Positions 39,618 through 52,900 of a stretch of 64,000 nt of DNA are shown here, piece after piece. The first letter of the stretch is position 1, and the number at the start of each line of letters is the position of its first letter. The position numbers and the translations under genes were made by a program. The notes below the pieces were generated by a model, which did no database searches, was not told the DNA's origin, and was given only the letters and a program-made list of their open reading frames with translations. This stretch comes from Chrysomallon squamiferum. Lineage: Eukaryota; Animalia; Mollusca. The stretch spans positions 19,158,001 to 19,222,000 of the forward strand of contig CM022673.1 of the NCBI GenBank assembly GCA_012295275.1. Direction: 5' to 3'.

Positions 39618-41541
39618 AATTAATTGTTTTTAATAATATTTCATAATCATATGAATGTGCATTTCAGAGACTCTAGGATGCTTTGGATTGACATTTTTAC
39701 AATGATGTTTTGGCCGTATGAACCAATGGCAGAATTGTGAAAATATACATTTCAATGAATTTTAAAATTATTTATTAACATATTCATTGATATAATGAAC
39801 ATTTAGAAAAACAAGGAAAAGAAAAGTACTTGGTATTATCAACTTGTCAAATACACAAATCTTTAAAAATAGCAAATTCATAGTATTTTATTAGCAATTA
39901 TGCTACAGATTATTTTAATAAATTATTGGATTAAATGACTTACTCAATTCCTGGATCTTCATGTTTTGAATTTCCAAGTGTGATATCACCTGATGCTGAG
40001 ACTGATATTTCATTTGACATTCCTATGTCATCATCAGTGTCAAGGCCAAGTAGTGCATCCTCATCAAGTTCATCTTCTTCAGTCTATAAATGATTAAAAT
40101 CTTTATCAATTCAGTACAAACTGATACTCATAAAAAATAATAATAATTCATTTAAAAAAATGACATTAACATTGTACAAACTATTTCATGATTATTAAAA
40201 ACATATATTTTGTTTTATTACCTTTTATATGCATAGCTATCTGTCAGGAAATGTGATTAGTGAGTTATTTAAGAACTATGAGAGACCATCTCAGTGCCAA
40301 ATGTAACAGCTTCATTAATAATTAGTACATTATAGCATTTCTTTTTATACAAAGATTTTATTTAAAAATTATAAAACATAAATCTCTTTTCCAACAGAAA
40401 TGATATCCACTGAATAAATTTGTTTATGTCTATCAATCTATGGTTACCGTTTGAAGTCTATTGACTTTCTTGCAATGAAAGACCTAACTGACTTCAAAGT
40501 CATGAGACATCAAACAGGTTTATCAACCATCTGATAATTTAAGACATACAGCAACCTTTTCACAGCTTTCAGTCTTAGCTCACTTCTTGCCCTGATGCAA
40601 TGTATGTTGTCATTTATTTAGCCCCCAGACCCCTCACCCAAATATTTTTGGCCTGCTCTGCTTTGTTATTAAGTGCTCTTACCTCATTTCAAAAACAGTC
40701 TAGTTAGAACCATGACTTACTAAGTCACTTACATTTTTTTTTTTTTTAAATATTAATCATTTTTATTTCACAGGTTTGCACTAAAAAATTAGCCAGCACA
40801 AATTCAAGCTTAAAACGTTTTGGCATGCTTACTTTTTACTTCATGTGTATCCATTAAAATAAGAAACTACGTATAATAACATCAACATCAAAAGTTATCT
40901 TTTCCTTTCAGTTCGTACAATATTTTAGTATTAAAAAACACCTGAAATGAAAATCCTCAAAATAAGAAAAGCTTTTCTTGTATCACCCTATGAAATCATT
41001 TTTATCTGCTCCAATACAGAATCTTCATTTGTAATAAAAGAATGATAATATTAATAGATAATTTTCATTTCATGAAAAAGATATTATCCCCTGACGCTGT
41101 TGGCTGTTAAAATTTCAAGGATAATGTTAAATCTAAGAAAAAAGATTACCTTTGTTCTGGGGAAGGCATTGATTCCCGGCAAATCATCTTGCAACAAATC
41201 ATCATCACTACAAAGAAATAAAAAACATTATTTATACCCCAACACACACACACACAAACACACATTAAAAACAAAACAAAAAACCCAAACTATCATGTAT
41301 TTTACTAATATATGTGAAATATATTTATTTTAGAAGTTCTCTTTGCCTTAAAACACTGGTTGAAAAATAAAACATGTAAGTATATGCATGATACACCTAG
41401 CTGATATTTGGTGATGATATTATTATATACATAAATAAATAGAAAGCTAGTTCAATCATTCTCAGCTGTGCTTAAATGCATAAGAATTAAACACACAAAC
41501 CTATCCCAAGTTGATTCTGTTGGTCTTTTTTTGGATGACAT
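19882..41541 (-). CDS. RBM33: RNA-binding protein 33 (C-terminal RRM), ~1201 aa
   Basis: Coding exons 41541-41501, 41207-41150, 40083-39944, 39579-39561, 39342-39106, 37162-37012, 36380-35971, 33679-33589, 33308-33180, 32708-32391, 29661-29379, 28865-28694, 27868-27709, 23153-22006, 21635-21525, 20786-20698, 19930-19882; 3606 nt, phases consistent. Motifs: acidic N-terminus, RGRFKSER..DIPDTLEISEE, KIHVNPHFKG, P/Q-rich middle, coiled coil EEQKRKREMIQRQKEIRRQQQ, RRM VSIDNLSASTSEDDVRKLCRSVG...KYNRYMLDLSHITV. Confidence 0.92.
20601..20662 (+). repeat. Right-arm copy of the short TAG...CTA inverted-repeat family
   Basis: TCTCTGGCAGAGAACCAGTGATATCC...CCAGAGGATATCTGGGCTA matches the arms at 38694-39022 and 55459-56112. 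Confidence 0.65.
23616..24450 (-). mobile_element. Decayed hAT-family transposon with TTF-type zinc-finger relic
   Basis: CAGGGTTC terminus with TACTAGACC repeats at 23616-23705. Minus strand ~24425-24232 reads KRQFCQK*KDIFSWLDYNEETNTMFNITCRKY...FIKGTNNFR..DAIKSHSES, resembling ZnF_TTF of ZNF862-like hAT transposases. The other end was not located. Confidence 0.6.
24822..25135. repeat. Diverged tandem duplication, ~170-bp unit
   Basis: Two units beginning CAAAATCGCC and sharing ATGT.CAACTA...CTGG.GCT...TTTAATAACTTGT.GG.TG.ATGTTT. Confidence 0.6.
25382..27300 (+). mobile_element. Internally deleted Ty3/Gypsy LTR retrotransposon (Gmr1-like)
   Basis: RNase H relic FKLAEDASNVGSRAVLFQE..GIDH, VYTDHNPLTF, KHIAGTNNTIADVLSRK* ending ~25862. 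Purine tract GTGGAGGG precedes a TGTCA-starting LTR at ~26133 with TATAAAA at ~26226. 25382-25450 resembles that LTR start. The 3' end at 27300 is tentative. Confidence 0.7.
26599..27193 (-). mobile_element. Non-autonomous pogo-family element, copy 1
   Basis: TIR C(C/T)GTATATACTTGTGTA, TA target duplication, internal GTCGACTTATAC repeats; near-identical to 57435-58318 and 62098-62867. Confidence 0.9.
30183..30898. mobile_element. Tigger-like MITE
   Basis: TA|CAGTATACCCTC...GAGGGAATACTG|TA termini; subterminal TTCGCG repeats; CpG-rich, suggesting a young insertion. Confidence 0.8.
31001..32083. mobile_element. Second, rearranged copy of the Sola2-like element
   Basis: Starts GGGTCATTCCATGTCAAATC and matches the 1415 arm, with deletions, to ~31500; a partial right arm lies at ~32012-32083. 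Confidence 0.85.
37558..38337 (-). mobile_element. Internally deleted Tigger/pogo element with CENP-B-type HTH relic
   Basis: TA|CAGTGGTACCT...AGGTACTACTG|TA termini; minus ORF contains MDPKKVNAKDSAEKKKQMMSIELKHEIIEKYEQGVIVVSMARQY. Confidence 0.88.
38694..39022. mobile_element. Short inverted-repeat element (TAG...CTA family, possibly Academ-like MITE), decayed
   Basis: Left arm TAGTCTGAGTATCTCTGGCAG...GGTTCTCTGCCAGATAGGTC; right arm ACCAGTGATATCC...TCAGAGGATTCTCAAGGTA. No clear TSD. Confidence 0.55.
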
Positions 41542-41595
41542 ACTATAACATTAAACTGGTGTATTTTTCATTCATGGAGATACATACATAATGAC
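41542..41595 (-). other. RBM33 5' UTR part of the start-codon exon, with upstream ATGs
   Basis: Acceptor TTTACAG at 41596; in-frame TAA four codons before the main ATG. Confidence 0.65.
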
Positions 41596-42999
41596 CTGTA
41601 AAGTAAAAAAAATATTTTGGTTTAAAATATAAGGAAATATTTGTAAAAAAATTTAATAATTGAATTCAATATAAAAAAGAATGAGTCATGTATGAAAGCA
41701 TGTATACATTAGTACTAAACCTCGAGATTCTTAACTGTAAAACTATTTTATGTGGTTTAGTTATTCACTGAATTTAATCATTTATTATGTTAATTGAAAA
41801 CCACTTAATGTGTAAGTAAACATTAAAACTAAACTATTTAAGTTAAGTTCTAATAAATGTGACTGTTTTATACACAATGAAAATTACAAAACATTCGCGT
41901 ATGAATCATTTTATTTTCAAATAAATAATTATTTCATTAAACGATGGGGGAAAAACCCAAAATGAGTATCTTTGCATGTATATTAATTGTCAGTCACAAT
42001 GACAGCATTGCTGTCTGTGTCAGTATTGGAAAACTGGTTGTTTGACAATCTGAGGAGTGTTAAAAAATATAATAATAATGAAATATAATATTACAAAGTT
42101 CAATATTACCTTCATTTTATTAGACCTATTAAGTCATTATGAAACGTGAAATATGTTGCAAAAATGCCTGTTAATTAGCAGTTAAACCAGAAGTGAAAAG
42201 TGCATCTGGTTATGCACCCAGGTGCTTTTGTCTTTGTAGACCATGCAACCTATAATACATAATCTAAAAATGCTTTGTTTGGACAAACTCCTTCCAAAAA
42301 TGGAAACGGAATTAACATTCCTTCATGCAAAAGATAAGTAAACACTGTTTACTTTATAGTTACAGAAGATGTAGCCTGTGTTGAAAAAAAAAACATACCA
42401 AATTCTTACACTTTAATATACATTATGATCAGTTACTGAGAGAATAGAAAAAAAAGAGAGAGAAAAAAAAAGGTTTTAAAATAGAACTATTCTAAATTAC
42501 CTAGTAAGATGCAAGTTCAATAATGATGGCAATAAATGAATAAATGATTTTGAGGTATGTTAACAAATATGATGTTCAAAGTGTGCCATGTCCTTGTAGA
42601 TTTTATGTTTAAATTTCTGGTAAAATATTACATCAGTCAAAAACAGCTTTAATACACATACAGTAGCAGATACATTGTCTTTGTAAAAAGATGATGCTTC
42701 TCTTGCTATGAAAACATATTTTTAGTGAATGGGTATGAATGAAAATACCACATCCTGCCTCAAATCTAAAGTATAGAATAATAGATGTAATTCCTACATC
42801 ACGTGAGAACAGTAATGTATGTACTGCTTACTGGTAATGTGTAACTAATTATAGTAAATAATGATTTGATATTGGCAGATATGGTTATCATCCTGCGTTA
42901 CAACTTAAAGTTATGCAACTCTAAGACTTAGGCTAACTTAGTAACTTCATTAAGACTCTTAGTCTTAGTAAGAGTTAAAAATTACTGAGTTAAAAGTAA

Positions 43000-44934
43000 T
43001 CTTTCATTCTTTGGCGATAAATATTCAAGTTTTAAAGTTAGAATTTCGCGCTCTTATTACAAACAATTAATTATTGTTAATAAGTTTTCCTGACAAAATT
43101 ACAACTGACAGACGTAGCACTGGAATGTAATTCCAATCATCATTTTTCTGTTCTTTCCGGTTTTTCGATGGAACGAAAAACTAAGCTTGCTAGGGCAGTG
43201 ATGAATGAACAAATTTATGTTATAATCATATACTTGTGCTTAATGCATATTAGTTACCTATTGTAAACCTACCTAAGACGAAAATATACCAGTCAAAATC
43301 AATATTCAGCCACAAATATTCGCTTGAAATTACAAATTCAAATTAAAAACAAATGTGCAAACGCGACATTACGACCTTATTTTTGGGGGGTCTTTATTGC
43401 AGTTATTTTAAATTCGTCTCCTTAGTTCTGAGCATCAGCATAAAACGGAAATAAAACGTAACACTAACAGTTCCAAAATGTTAAATATCAAGAAGCCTGA
43501 TCCAATACAAATTTTTATTTCGGAGCCTCTCTTGATTGTCCATTGTCATTTTAAACAAATAAAAAAAAGAAATAACAATATTAATATTGTATTTTGATGA
43601 CGATAATCAACAAATGTACAGTTGTCTCTCTCCCCCCTCTTTGTAAGAAACCTACTGTTCAAATATTATTATAGTTGTTAATCCTGTATGGCCTTTAAGT
43701 CTATGAAAATAATTTATCAAACTGTGTATTTGTTACGTAAAAGTTAATACTTTAGCATTCTCTATAATATACAATTATGAAACTAAGCAAGTGTTCTTTT
43801 GACCAATTTGTTGTAGTTATTATTATTATTTAAATTTAATTTCTAATCTGTATGAGCTATCAAAGATTACTTCTGTAATAAGGACACGAGAGAATATATC
43901 ATTTCCACTCACGGGCCGTTTTACAGATTAACAAAAGTGGTACAAAAGTGGTCACTGGTAACATTCACGCTTAATATACGGTGTGAAATAAAAGCTGTAA
44001 CATAAATCCGTAAATGGTTAAGACAGTAATTGAGAGAAGAGGCATCTGTGTCACCAATGTTGATTTAAGGGCAGTAAAGGATAGACATTTGGTACATCAT
44101 TGGCCACATTCAGCTTCCACTTACAGATATAATTACGCAAACATAACAACAACACATAAGACAAACTTTTATGTTATACGCGAATTAAATTCAATAAAGG
44201 AGATGTGTAATAATAAACCCCAAACATATCAAAATCTTTCAACCCGACCCCAAGCATCACCACCACCACCACCAACAACAACATATTTAGTAAATAAAGC
44301 ATAAAATAAACACGCTATAAATTAGGCAGGCTAACTGTAACTGAACAAAATATTGTTGAAAGAGCTAACATGGTTGAGCATCTACTGAAAGTGCAGGATG
44401 TTTCTCGATCAAACCATCTTAACGAACCTGTAGTACAAAAATGGTGTAAAAAACTCACGAACTGTACATGGAATGGTGCATTTAAAAGATCCCTTGCTGC
44501 TATTCGGGGGAAAAAAAAAGCTCTTATTATTATGGTTGTTGTTGTTTTTTTTAAAACATAATGTGAAGTCAGCTTATAAGTTAATATTAGAACAAAGAAA
44601 CCCCCCCCCAAAAAAAAAAAAAAAAACTTTGAATTTTAGGCGACTAATTGATTAAATTTATATGTATTTAAAACGATAAATAAATCAGCTATCATTTGTC
44701 TAATACACACACAAATTGAATAATTTGTTTTAATAATAATAATAATAATAATAACGTTTAAAAATTTAAAAAGTGAAAAACTGGGTTTTCTTTTAATTTA
44801 AAATGTGTTACATTTTGATGTTTTTGAATAATTCAGTAATTAATGTTTTGAGAAGACGTATTTCTGTCTTCTTTTATAATAATGATTATCGACAACTATC
44901 TACCCAAACTATCTGTCATTTATAATATGGAAAA

Positions 44935-44974
<40 letters not shown>

Positions 44975-45460
44975 TTAATTATTATTTGAGAATTTTGGGG
45001 TAAAGAGGTAAAGAGAAATGAAAGTGTTGAAAAATCCATTGAGATGAAGGTGCAGGTTTTATCTACGATTGACGTAACGATCTGCGGTTCAGACAGAGAG
45101 GATGCACATTGTGCATTGGTAAATTCGAGGAAGGAAAGTGCAGATCAGTTATTGCAAAATTTGTTTTGAATACAATACGGCATTTTACCCGACGGAAACT
45201 AAAAGGCACGGTAATCGGAATCTCGTAAAATTTGAAAGCGGAGAAAATTTCTATCATCGATAAAATTATTGAAAAATTATTCTTAAAAACCCCCGAGAAT
45301 AAACAAAATAATAATTAAAAGAATCGCGTAGATCACACACCAAAATAGAATTTGTTCGGTGTAGATCACCCGCCAAAGTAAGTCCATAAATTTTACACAG
45401 TTTGTGTAAACTATTAATCTGTTCGTATTCTTCACATATTATAATTATATGATTTGTTTT
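43000..45460 (-). promoter_or_regulatory. CpG-retaining region, probable RBM33 promoter and first non-coding exon
   Basis: CpG density rises sharply; TGACGTAA near 45069 and GTAGATCAC twice (near 45328 and 45361). TSS and first donor not pinned down. Confidence 0.4.
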
Positions 45461-45955
45461 CGTCATTATTTAAAATATAAATATATTCCTGCATATTTAT
45501 TTATTTATTTATTTAATAATAGCAACATTGTTATGTATTATTTATAAGTAAATATAAACTGTAAAATATGTTTTGTACATGACAAACGACACTGTGCTTA
45601 TATTTGATCTTAAAATGAATATTACAAAACTGTAAACAAAATGTAGAATTATTCCTATTCTTTACATTCTTAAAATTTTATCCTTATTCACAGTACATAA
45701 CATATATTATTTTTCTTTCATATATTGTAAATGTTACAGGTCCGTGGAAACAAAAGAGGAGACTATTGGGTTTTTTTGATAGTTATTGTGGTTGTTGTTT
45801 TAGCATGTTTTCTATTTACTTAAGTATATTTCTTCTTAATCATATTCATCATGTTCTTTTTGCTCTTTTCTTTCGATGTGAAAAAGTTGAAATTCAAAAT
45901 ATTTACCAAATATTTTTGAAACAAGTTAAATCTACAGTACATATCAAAACATGGT

Positions 45956-45999
<44 letters not shown>

Positions 46000-46349
46000 A
46001 TAATATAAACTATGTTTAGGACACACACACACACACTCCCAAATAACCCATGGCCTTTTTCCAGATTATGACAGTAATTATCAAGGATTTGGGGATCAAA
46101 ATAAGAGAAATGATGTGCAGACTTAAAATACAAAAACTATAATCTTTACTGTTTACAAAAACACATTTCAAATCAGAGTTAGAATCTTTTATTCAATGAC
46201 AATAGGGTTGTAAATGCTTTTACAGTTCCTATATAAGCAGTGCATGAGGTGTTGCACTTATGTTCAATAATTTTGAATATATTATACATGAATCATGATT
46301 TAAATACAAAACATTTCCTACATATTAATAATCTGAAATCACAAAAAAA

Positions 46350-47780
46350 TTGAGATTATGGAAGCATACAATCTAAAGGATCCATTTAAAGAATTATATC
46401 CTAATCTTAGACAGTTCTGATAAGATTTTTTTTTTTTTTTTAAATACCTAAAAGTCTGGTGCCAGCTGTACAAAATGTTACAATTGAAAATAGTTATCAC
46501 TCAAATCACTCAGAAGTAATTCTGTATTTAAAGTTAAAACAGTTAAAAGGATTATGGAAATTTAATAATTCTTTATTAACGGACATGGAACGGACTGTTA
46601 AATCAGTAAAAGAAAAAATACAAAAAAATAAGTATGCTGTACATGCTTATAAGTTTAGAAGATTTAGATTTGATACCAAAAGGTGAAATACAGTTTTCAG
46701 TTAGCATCGTCTACTCATTATATAAAATGTATTCGGATAGTTAATTACAGCCATAAAAGAAATGTCGAATGTGCTATATTTGGATATAACATGTATTCCA
46801 AAACCTAATAAACCAAGAGAGTTCATAAAGAACTGGCACCCTTTAACGCTTTTAAAATGCACTTATAAGGAGGCTTCAATATGTATTGCAAATTGAAGAA
46901 AAAAGGTTCTTGATAAAGTTATAACGGCAAGCATGCTGATTTTATTAAAGGATGATATACTGACGAAAACATTAAGTTTGTCTACATGTTTTGAACAACA
47001 TGACATTCCTAGATTTTGAAAAACCTTTGTTTCAGTATCTCGGTCATTTATAAATAAAACGCTAGATGTTTCAAATTTTGTATCATCAATTAAAAACTGG
47101 ATAAAAAATCACTGTACAGCAATTCATTATCAAGAGTAATATAAAATGACTTCTGTTCAGAAACATTTAAATTAGAAACATGACACAGACAAAGTGACCC
47201 TCTCTCCTTACATATTTATTTTATGTCTGCTGAAATTTTAGAATAATGGTAACATTATCAACGGTGAAGCATAGCTTTCATCACAATATGCAGATGATGC
47301 AAGTTTTATACTTAGTTCTCCTTAGTCCATGTACAATACACCGTCACTTTTAGATTGTTATGCTTCTAAATCAGGTCTAAAAATTAATTACTCAAAAAGT
47401 GTTTTGGACAGGTAAAAAAGAAATTTTCAAAAGGTGTTTACCACTTTTAGCTGGAAGCTGGAATGGGGATCAGTTATGTTACTAGGTATAAATTCCTTGT
47501 TTTTTTAAAATTTATTTGTCATAATAAATCTGAAAACGCAATAATGTAAGATTTCAAGTATGGGGGTGTTAAAATGATAAATATTTTCAATTTTGTGACA
47601 GCATTAAAATGTATGAATTATAGAAGAATGTTCAAAGCCATTCGATAATTATATAAATACTATTTAAATAATGATATGTTTTATAAATGACTTATTAAAT
47701 GAACATGGAACACAGATGTTTAAACATATAAAGAATTTAGAACAAAATATAATGCATCTTCAAATTTCCTTGAAAATGGA
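46350..47780 (+). mobile_element. Decayed L1/Tx1-clade LINE ORF2 fragments
   Basis: NLKDPFKELYPNLR, SYHSNHSEVILYL, KGLWKFNNSLLTD, ITCIPKPNKPREFIKNWHPLTLL, LDFEK, SQYADDASFIL, SGLKINYSK, with many stops and deletions. Confidence 0.85.
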
Positions 47781-49990
47781 CTTATATAAGTATGTATGCA
47801 TAAAAGAATAAAATTCCCTTTCTTTATGTTTCTTTACTCTTTTCTTTTCTGTTTTTTCTTTTGCTTGCTGTCTTCTTTTTAACTGTCAGATTATTGAAAT
47901 TACTTTCATAAGGACACCTATGTAGAGGTCAAAAAAAAAAAAAAAAAACCAGAGAAAAAAACCTTTAATGTCAGTATAATTTTATGTCATATAATTGGTA
48001 TATAAATGTTACACGATGTTGTAACACAATAATTCCCAACCTTGACATTATAGTTTCATTTGGAGATAAAATTTGTTAACATTTACAAGAAAAATTCATG
48101 TTATGTTAAAGAAATAGGAGGCATGTTTTATCTTTATTTTCAACATTTAAAGAGAGGTTACACTAGTTCTGAATTTGGCTGAAACCTTTCTATGAAATAT
48201 GTGAATAATTACGTAAGTAAATAATTCAGGACTTGTATCTTTTCGAATTCGTCAATAATTTTTTTAATTACTATCGTATACCTGATACCTTTAAAGTGTA
48301 AACATTGTCTAAAAACCAGAGGATTTCTTTTTTTATGTACATAAACTGCAAGAGAGAAATAAAATTATTAATATTACTAACATTATTTATTTCAATAACA
48401 CATCAATTGAAAATTATATTACTATAAATAACTTCAAAATCAATATTGCATATATAAAAATGTTATATTTGAATCAATTAAAATATTTTAAAAATCCATT
48501 GATATCTTGTTTAATGATAGTGTTGTTTTCTCCACTGATGTTTTGGACACAAGTTTCCTTGTTGTATTATAAAAATAAACATTGGTATCCAAGCACATTT
48601 GTAGGTTTCTCTTTCACAGTGATTTTCAAGAAAGAAGTCATTTTACTTTCCCACTATTTAACATGGTCATATTTTTGTTTTGCTTAATTATCATAAGTCT
48701 AGTTCAATAAATACTTCCATTACAAATTTAAAAAATGATACTGATTACATAAACTGCTTAAACTATAAAAAAGACGTAATTCCATGAAAATCATAAAACC
48801 AATTAAAACAAATCTTAAGGGATTTTATTTACAATTTTAAAATATAAAATAATTTTATTATTTCCAGCAATTTTTTTAATAAAATAATTTCTAAAAATTC
48901 TTTCTATTCCAATTTAATAAAAAACTATAAAACTTAATATTAAAATTTTGTATACCCTGCTCAGTAAAACAACAAGACATTTATATTTACATAATATAAA
49001 TACTTTGTCTCAAATTGTATTATTCTGATTTTTTATATAACCAAAATGAAAAATATAAAATAAAAAGAAATAAATATTACAAAATAGATACATGACAGGT
49101 TGTTGTTAACATTCTATTTTTCTTGTTTTTGAATTCTGATATATTGCTATGAATGAAACCAATAAAAAAATCAGTTTTAAAAGTAATTAAAATCTTTATT
49201 TTCAGTTTGTTTTGTCGTTTGATAACAAAGTCAGTTATCCCCTCTCACCTTAACTGAATATCCCAATTCAATTTTTGTACAATATTATTTATTTTCTAAG
49301 AATTTTCTAATAACTAATGATAAAGAAATAGTTCTAAACAACCTTTAATTCTAATTTGCTTTTAGCTAGTGATGACTGCTATAACTGTATTACATACTTA
49401 ACAGAAGTATAATATTACAGTTTGAAACAAACTATATAATTACTAAAAATATAATACTGATTTACAATTGTCAACACATATATGTTGTAAATAAAAACTG
49501 CGAATGAAAAGATTAGACAAAAATGTAATTTAGTTTTGTCACGGTGATACATTTGTCAGATAGGATTATACATATGTTAAACTGTTTATGATAAAATTAA
49601 AATATTACAGGCTAAGAAAGCTTATTACCAATTTTCAGTATTAAACATTACATAAAATATTTCTCGATAATTATAAAAAATAGTTAAAGAGGATATTAAT
49701 AACAGAACAAAATACATATCAACATATAAATATAAGGAAAAACAATATCTACAAAATGAAGAATAATAATGGAAACAGAACTAAACCATACAGTTATATT
49801 ACACCTCTATACATCTCCATACGTCTTAATGAAATACTACCACAACTATACATATCTGTAAAAAATGCTACTACTACTACTACTAATAATACCATTAATA
49901 AAAATTATAATGCATGTACAGCTAACAATGAAATATCAAGTAAATCATAATATGTATTAAAATAAACTGAGTTTAAATGGCATAAAATGA

Positions 49991-52900
49991 TTAAGACTTA
50001 GATCTTCGTGCACGAATGAGAACAGATATGAAAGCAAAGATGTGAAAAACCAGCAGGAGAGAAAACATCAGTCCAATATCTAAATACAGGTTGTCCTGAA
50101 ACAGAATTAAAATGGATTTGCTATTTACAAATTGAACACAGTAAGTATTTTTGGTAAACGGAAAGAAAGAAAGAGTTTTGGCTGGAAAAAATTAACAGGA
50201 AAAAAAGAAACGGAAAGAAAGAAACAGTTTTATTCACAACAAATTTATTCTCCACTATGAATTTCTTTGTATCATTTAGGTCATAAGCACTTGGTAATGT
50301 GAACGTTGTGTCCAACTCCAACCAAAAACTCAGGAATGGACTTGGAACTATTGACATGGTCCTGGCACAATAATTCAAGTCTCCTTTGGATATGAATATG
50401 ACCCTTGTTCTTTCGCTTTTTAGGGGGGTTGCCAACTGCATCCTGTTGATGAATGGTGCATACAGTGGATTCTTCATGCTGGAACCACTGGATAACTTTC
50501 TGGGTTGACACAGTGTTTATGGTGAATTATATGGATTATCAATTGGGGAATAATAATTAATGGGTGAAAGAGGTGCATATTTATGATGGAATATTTAAGA
50601 AGCATTAAAAATATGAGACAAAAAGATTTTTTTTTTTTTAAATTAGGACTTTTAGTAAAAATGTAGTGGTTCATTCTTTCCATTTCTTTTTTTCCTGTTA
50701 CTTTTTTTCTGTTTCTTTCTTTCCTGATCCTTTTTTTCCGTTTTTTTCTTTCCTCCAACTGTAATTTTTGCATCATAACACAAGTTGATACATCAAAGAC
50801 TCATATTTCTACACTAATAGTTTCTTATATGTGTATATATATATATATAGACAGACAAATAAATACGTAAGTAGGAAGGTAGATCAAAGAAAAACTATCT
50901 ATATTCCATTATATATGTATGTATATCGTTATATGCAACATGTTTCTGTGATGTATATGTGTGTGTGTGTATATATATATATAGACAGACAGCTAGATAG
51001 ATATAGATAGACACATATATGTACAAATACTGAATAACTGATAGTAATAGGTAACTTTGTATTTCTGTAAATATCTTCGTTCATATTGTCAGCATCTATA
51101 TACATTTTTGTATTATTTGTGTTTTTTTTGTGTTTTTTGTTGTTATTATTATTTTTTCCCCTGTTTTTAATAGTTACCTTGCTATAGCCCATGTTTTCTA
51201 TGACATAAGTTCCGTTTGGAAAACATCCTTTCTGAACTGTAGAGTTTTTACAATCTGAAATGGATGTAATATAAGGTAACATACAAAACACACATTTAAA
51301 AATAAAAAATGAAGGCAGATGAAAATGAGTATTTGTAATACATATATGGTAAAAATAGCACATATAAATAATTTATAAAGAAACAATGTGAGATGTGGAA
51401 TTTGGTCAAGTGATTATATTGAAAGGGATGACCAAAATATTCAATACAAATTTCCAGTGGTTTGTAAACATTTGGTGTCAATCCAAGAAGTTCAGTGGCT
51501 CTTGCAGTAGAATATCCATTTAATAATCTACAGCACATATAAACATTATTAAATAAATGTATTCAAATACCTATATGTGTAACGTCCTCCCACTGTATAA
51601 TGATAAGAAGTTCATTTGCATATTTAAACCATGACACATATTTCAGCCAAATGAAGTAAACAGGAATTGAACTGAAAATATGAAAAGTCAGTTCTGTTCA
51701 TTGAAGAAATAATTCTTCTTCTTTTTGAGTACACCTTTGTCAAAATAAAATTCAGATAGTATTTAAAAAAATAATAATAATAATAAAATAAAGTAAAATA
51801 AAGTTTTTTGATAACAATTCAAAGTGTAAAATTCATTTAAATTCTAGGTAATAACAGTTAATGAAAACAGTGTTACTGTTAATAAATTTGTTTTTAAAAA
51901 GTTAAATACCGTATTAGTGAAAGGTCACATATAATTAGGAAATAATAAATGTATTTACTTTATAATGGAAATGGTAGTATTCTAATTAGGACTAATTTCA
52001 TTGGTGTGGTTTATTGAGCCACTAGCCAGTGGAAAAACTTTATTAGACTTTCAGTTTGTTTTTTCCTGTCTTAGCAGCTGTGAAAAATTTTTTTACTAGT
52101 TATGATGAAGTAAAACATGACATATATGTAAAGACATATCACAATTTTTCTTTTAAATTGTTTGTGTTAGAAGATCATGTGGTCGATGAAACTGACACAT
52201 ATTTTTATGTTTTTTAATTTATCAAGCAGTATTTACATCACAACTAAGTGATGTAAAAACTTACCCATCTGCAAGAAAATATCCTCCAAAAAGCATAAAA
52301 GAAACAAGTATAGGTGGTGCCACTGACAATGCCACATTGACAGAACCTGCTATGGAGGATACTAGATATCCTGGAATGAATAGAAAATAAATAATTATTA
52401 TCTGTTTGCTTCTTTATTATTATTGTATTAAATGTAGTTTTGCTCACTATGTAGGGGGACAGAGAGATAAAGAGAAGGAAACATGTTTGTGAACCATTTT
52501 ATATACAACAATAACACATCAAACAAACAAAATCAATGACAACAACCACAACAAAAAATCATAATCAATGTATTTTACCAAAAGATGCAGCTACATTTGC
52601 AACCAGTAGCATGGTGCCTATGTGCATGAAAAATGAATCAGCAGCTTCATGTAAACCTATTAAAAGAAAACAAATAATTTGTAAATAATAATAATAACCA
52701 GAAAAACAACAACAACAATAATGAAAAAAAGGAAGAAAAGAATAATTTAAAAAAAAAGAAGAAAAAAAATAATTAAAAAAAAAAAGAAAAAAAAAGAAAA
52801 CAGTCCACATTTTATCTACAGAGATCTCACAGTCAGTTAATTAAGAGTCTGCATATTGAGGAGTGTCCAATGTCAGTAGCATTCATGGTTTTTTATTGTT

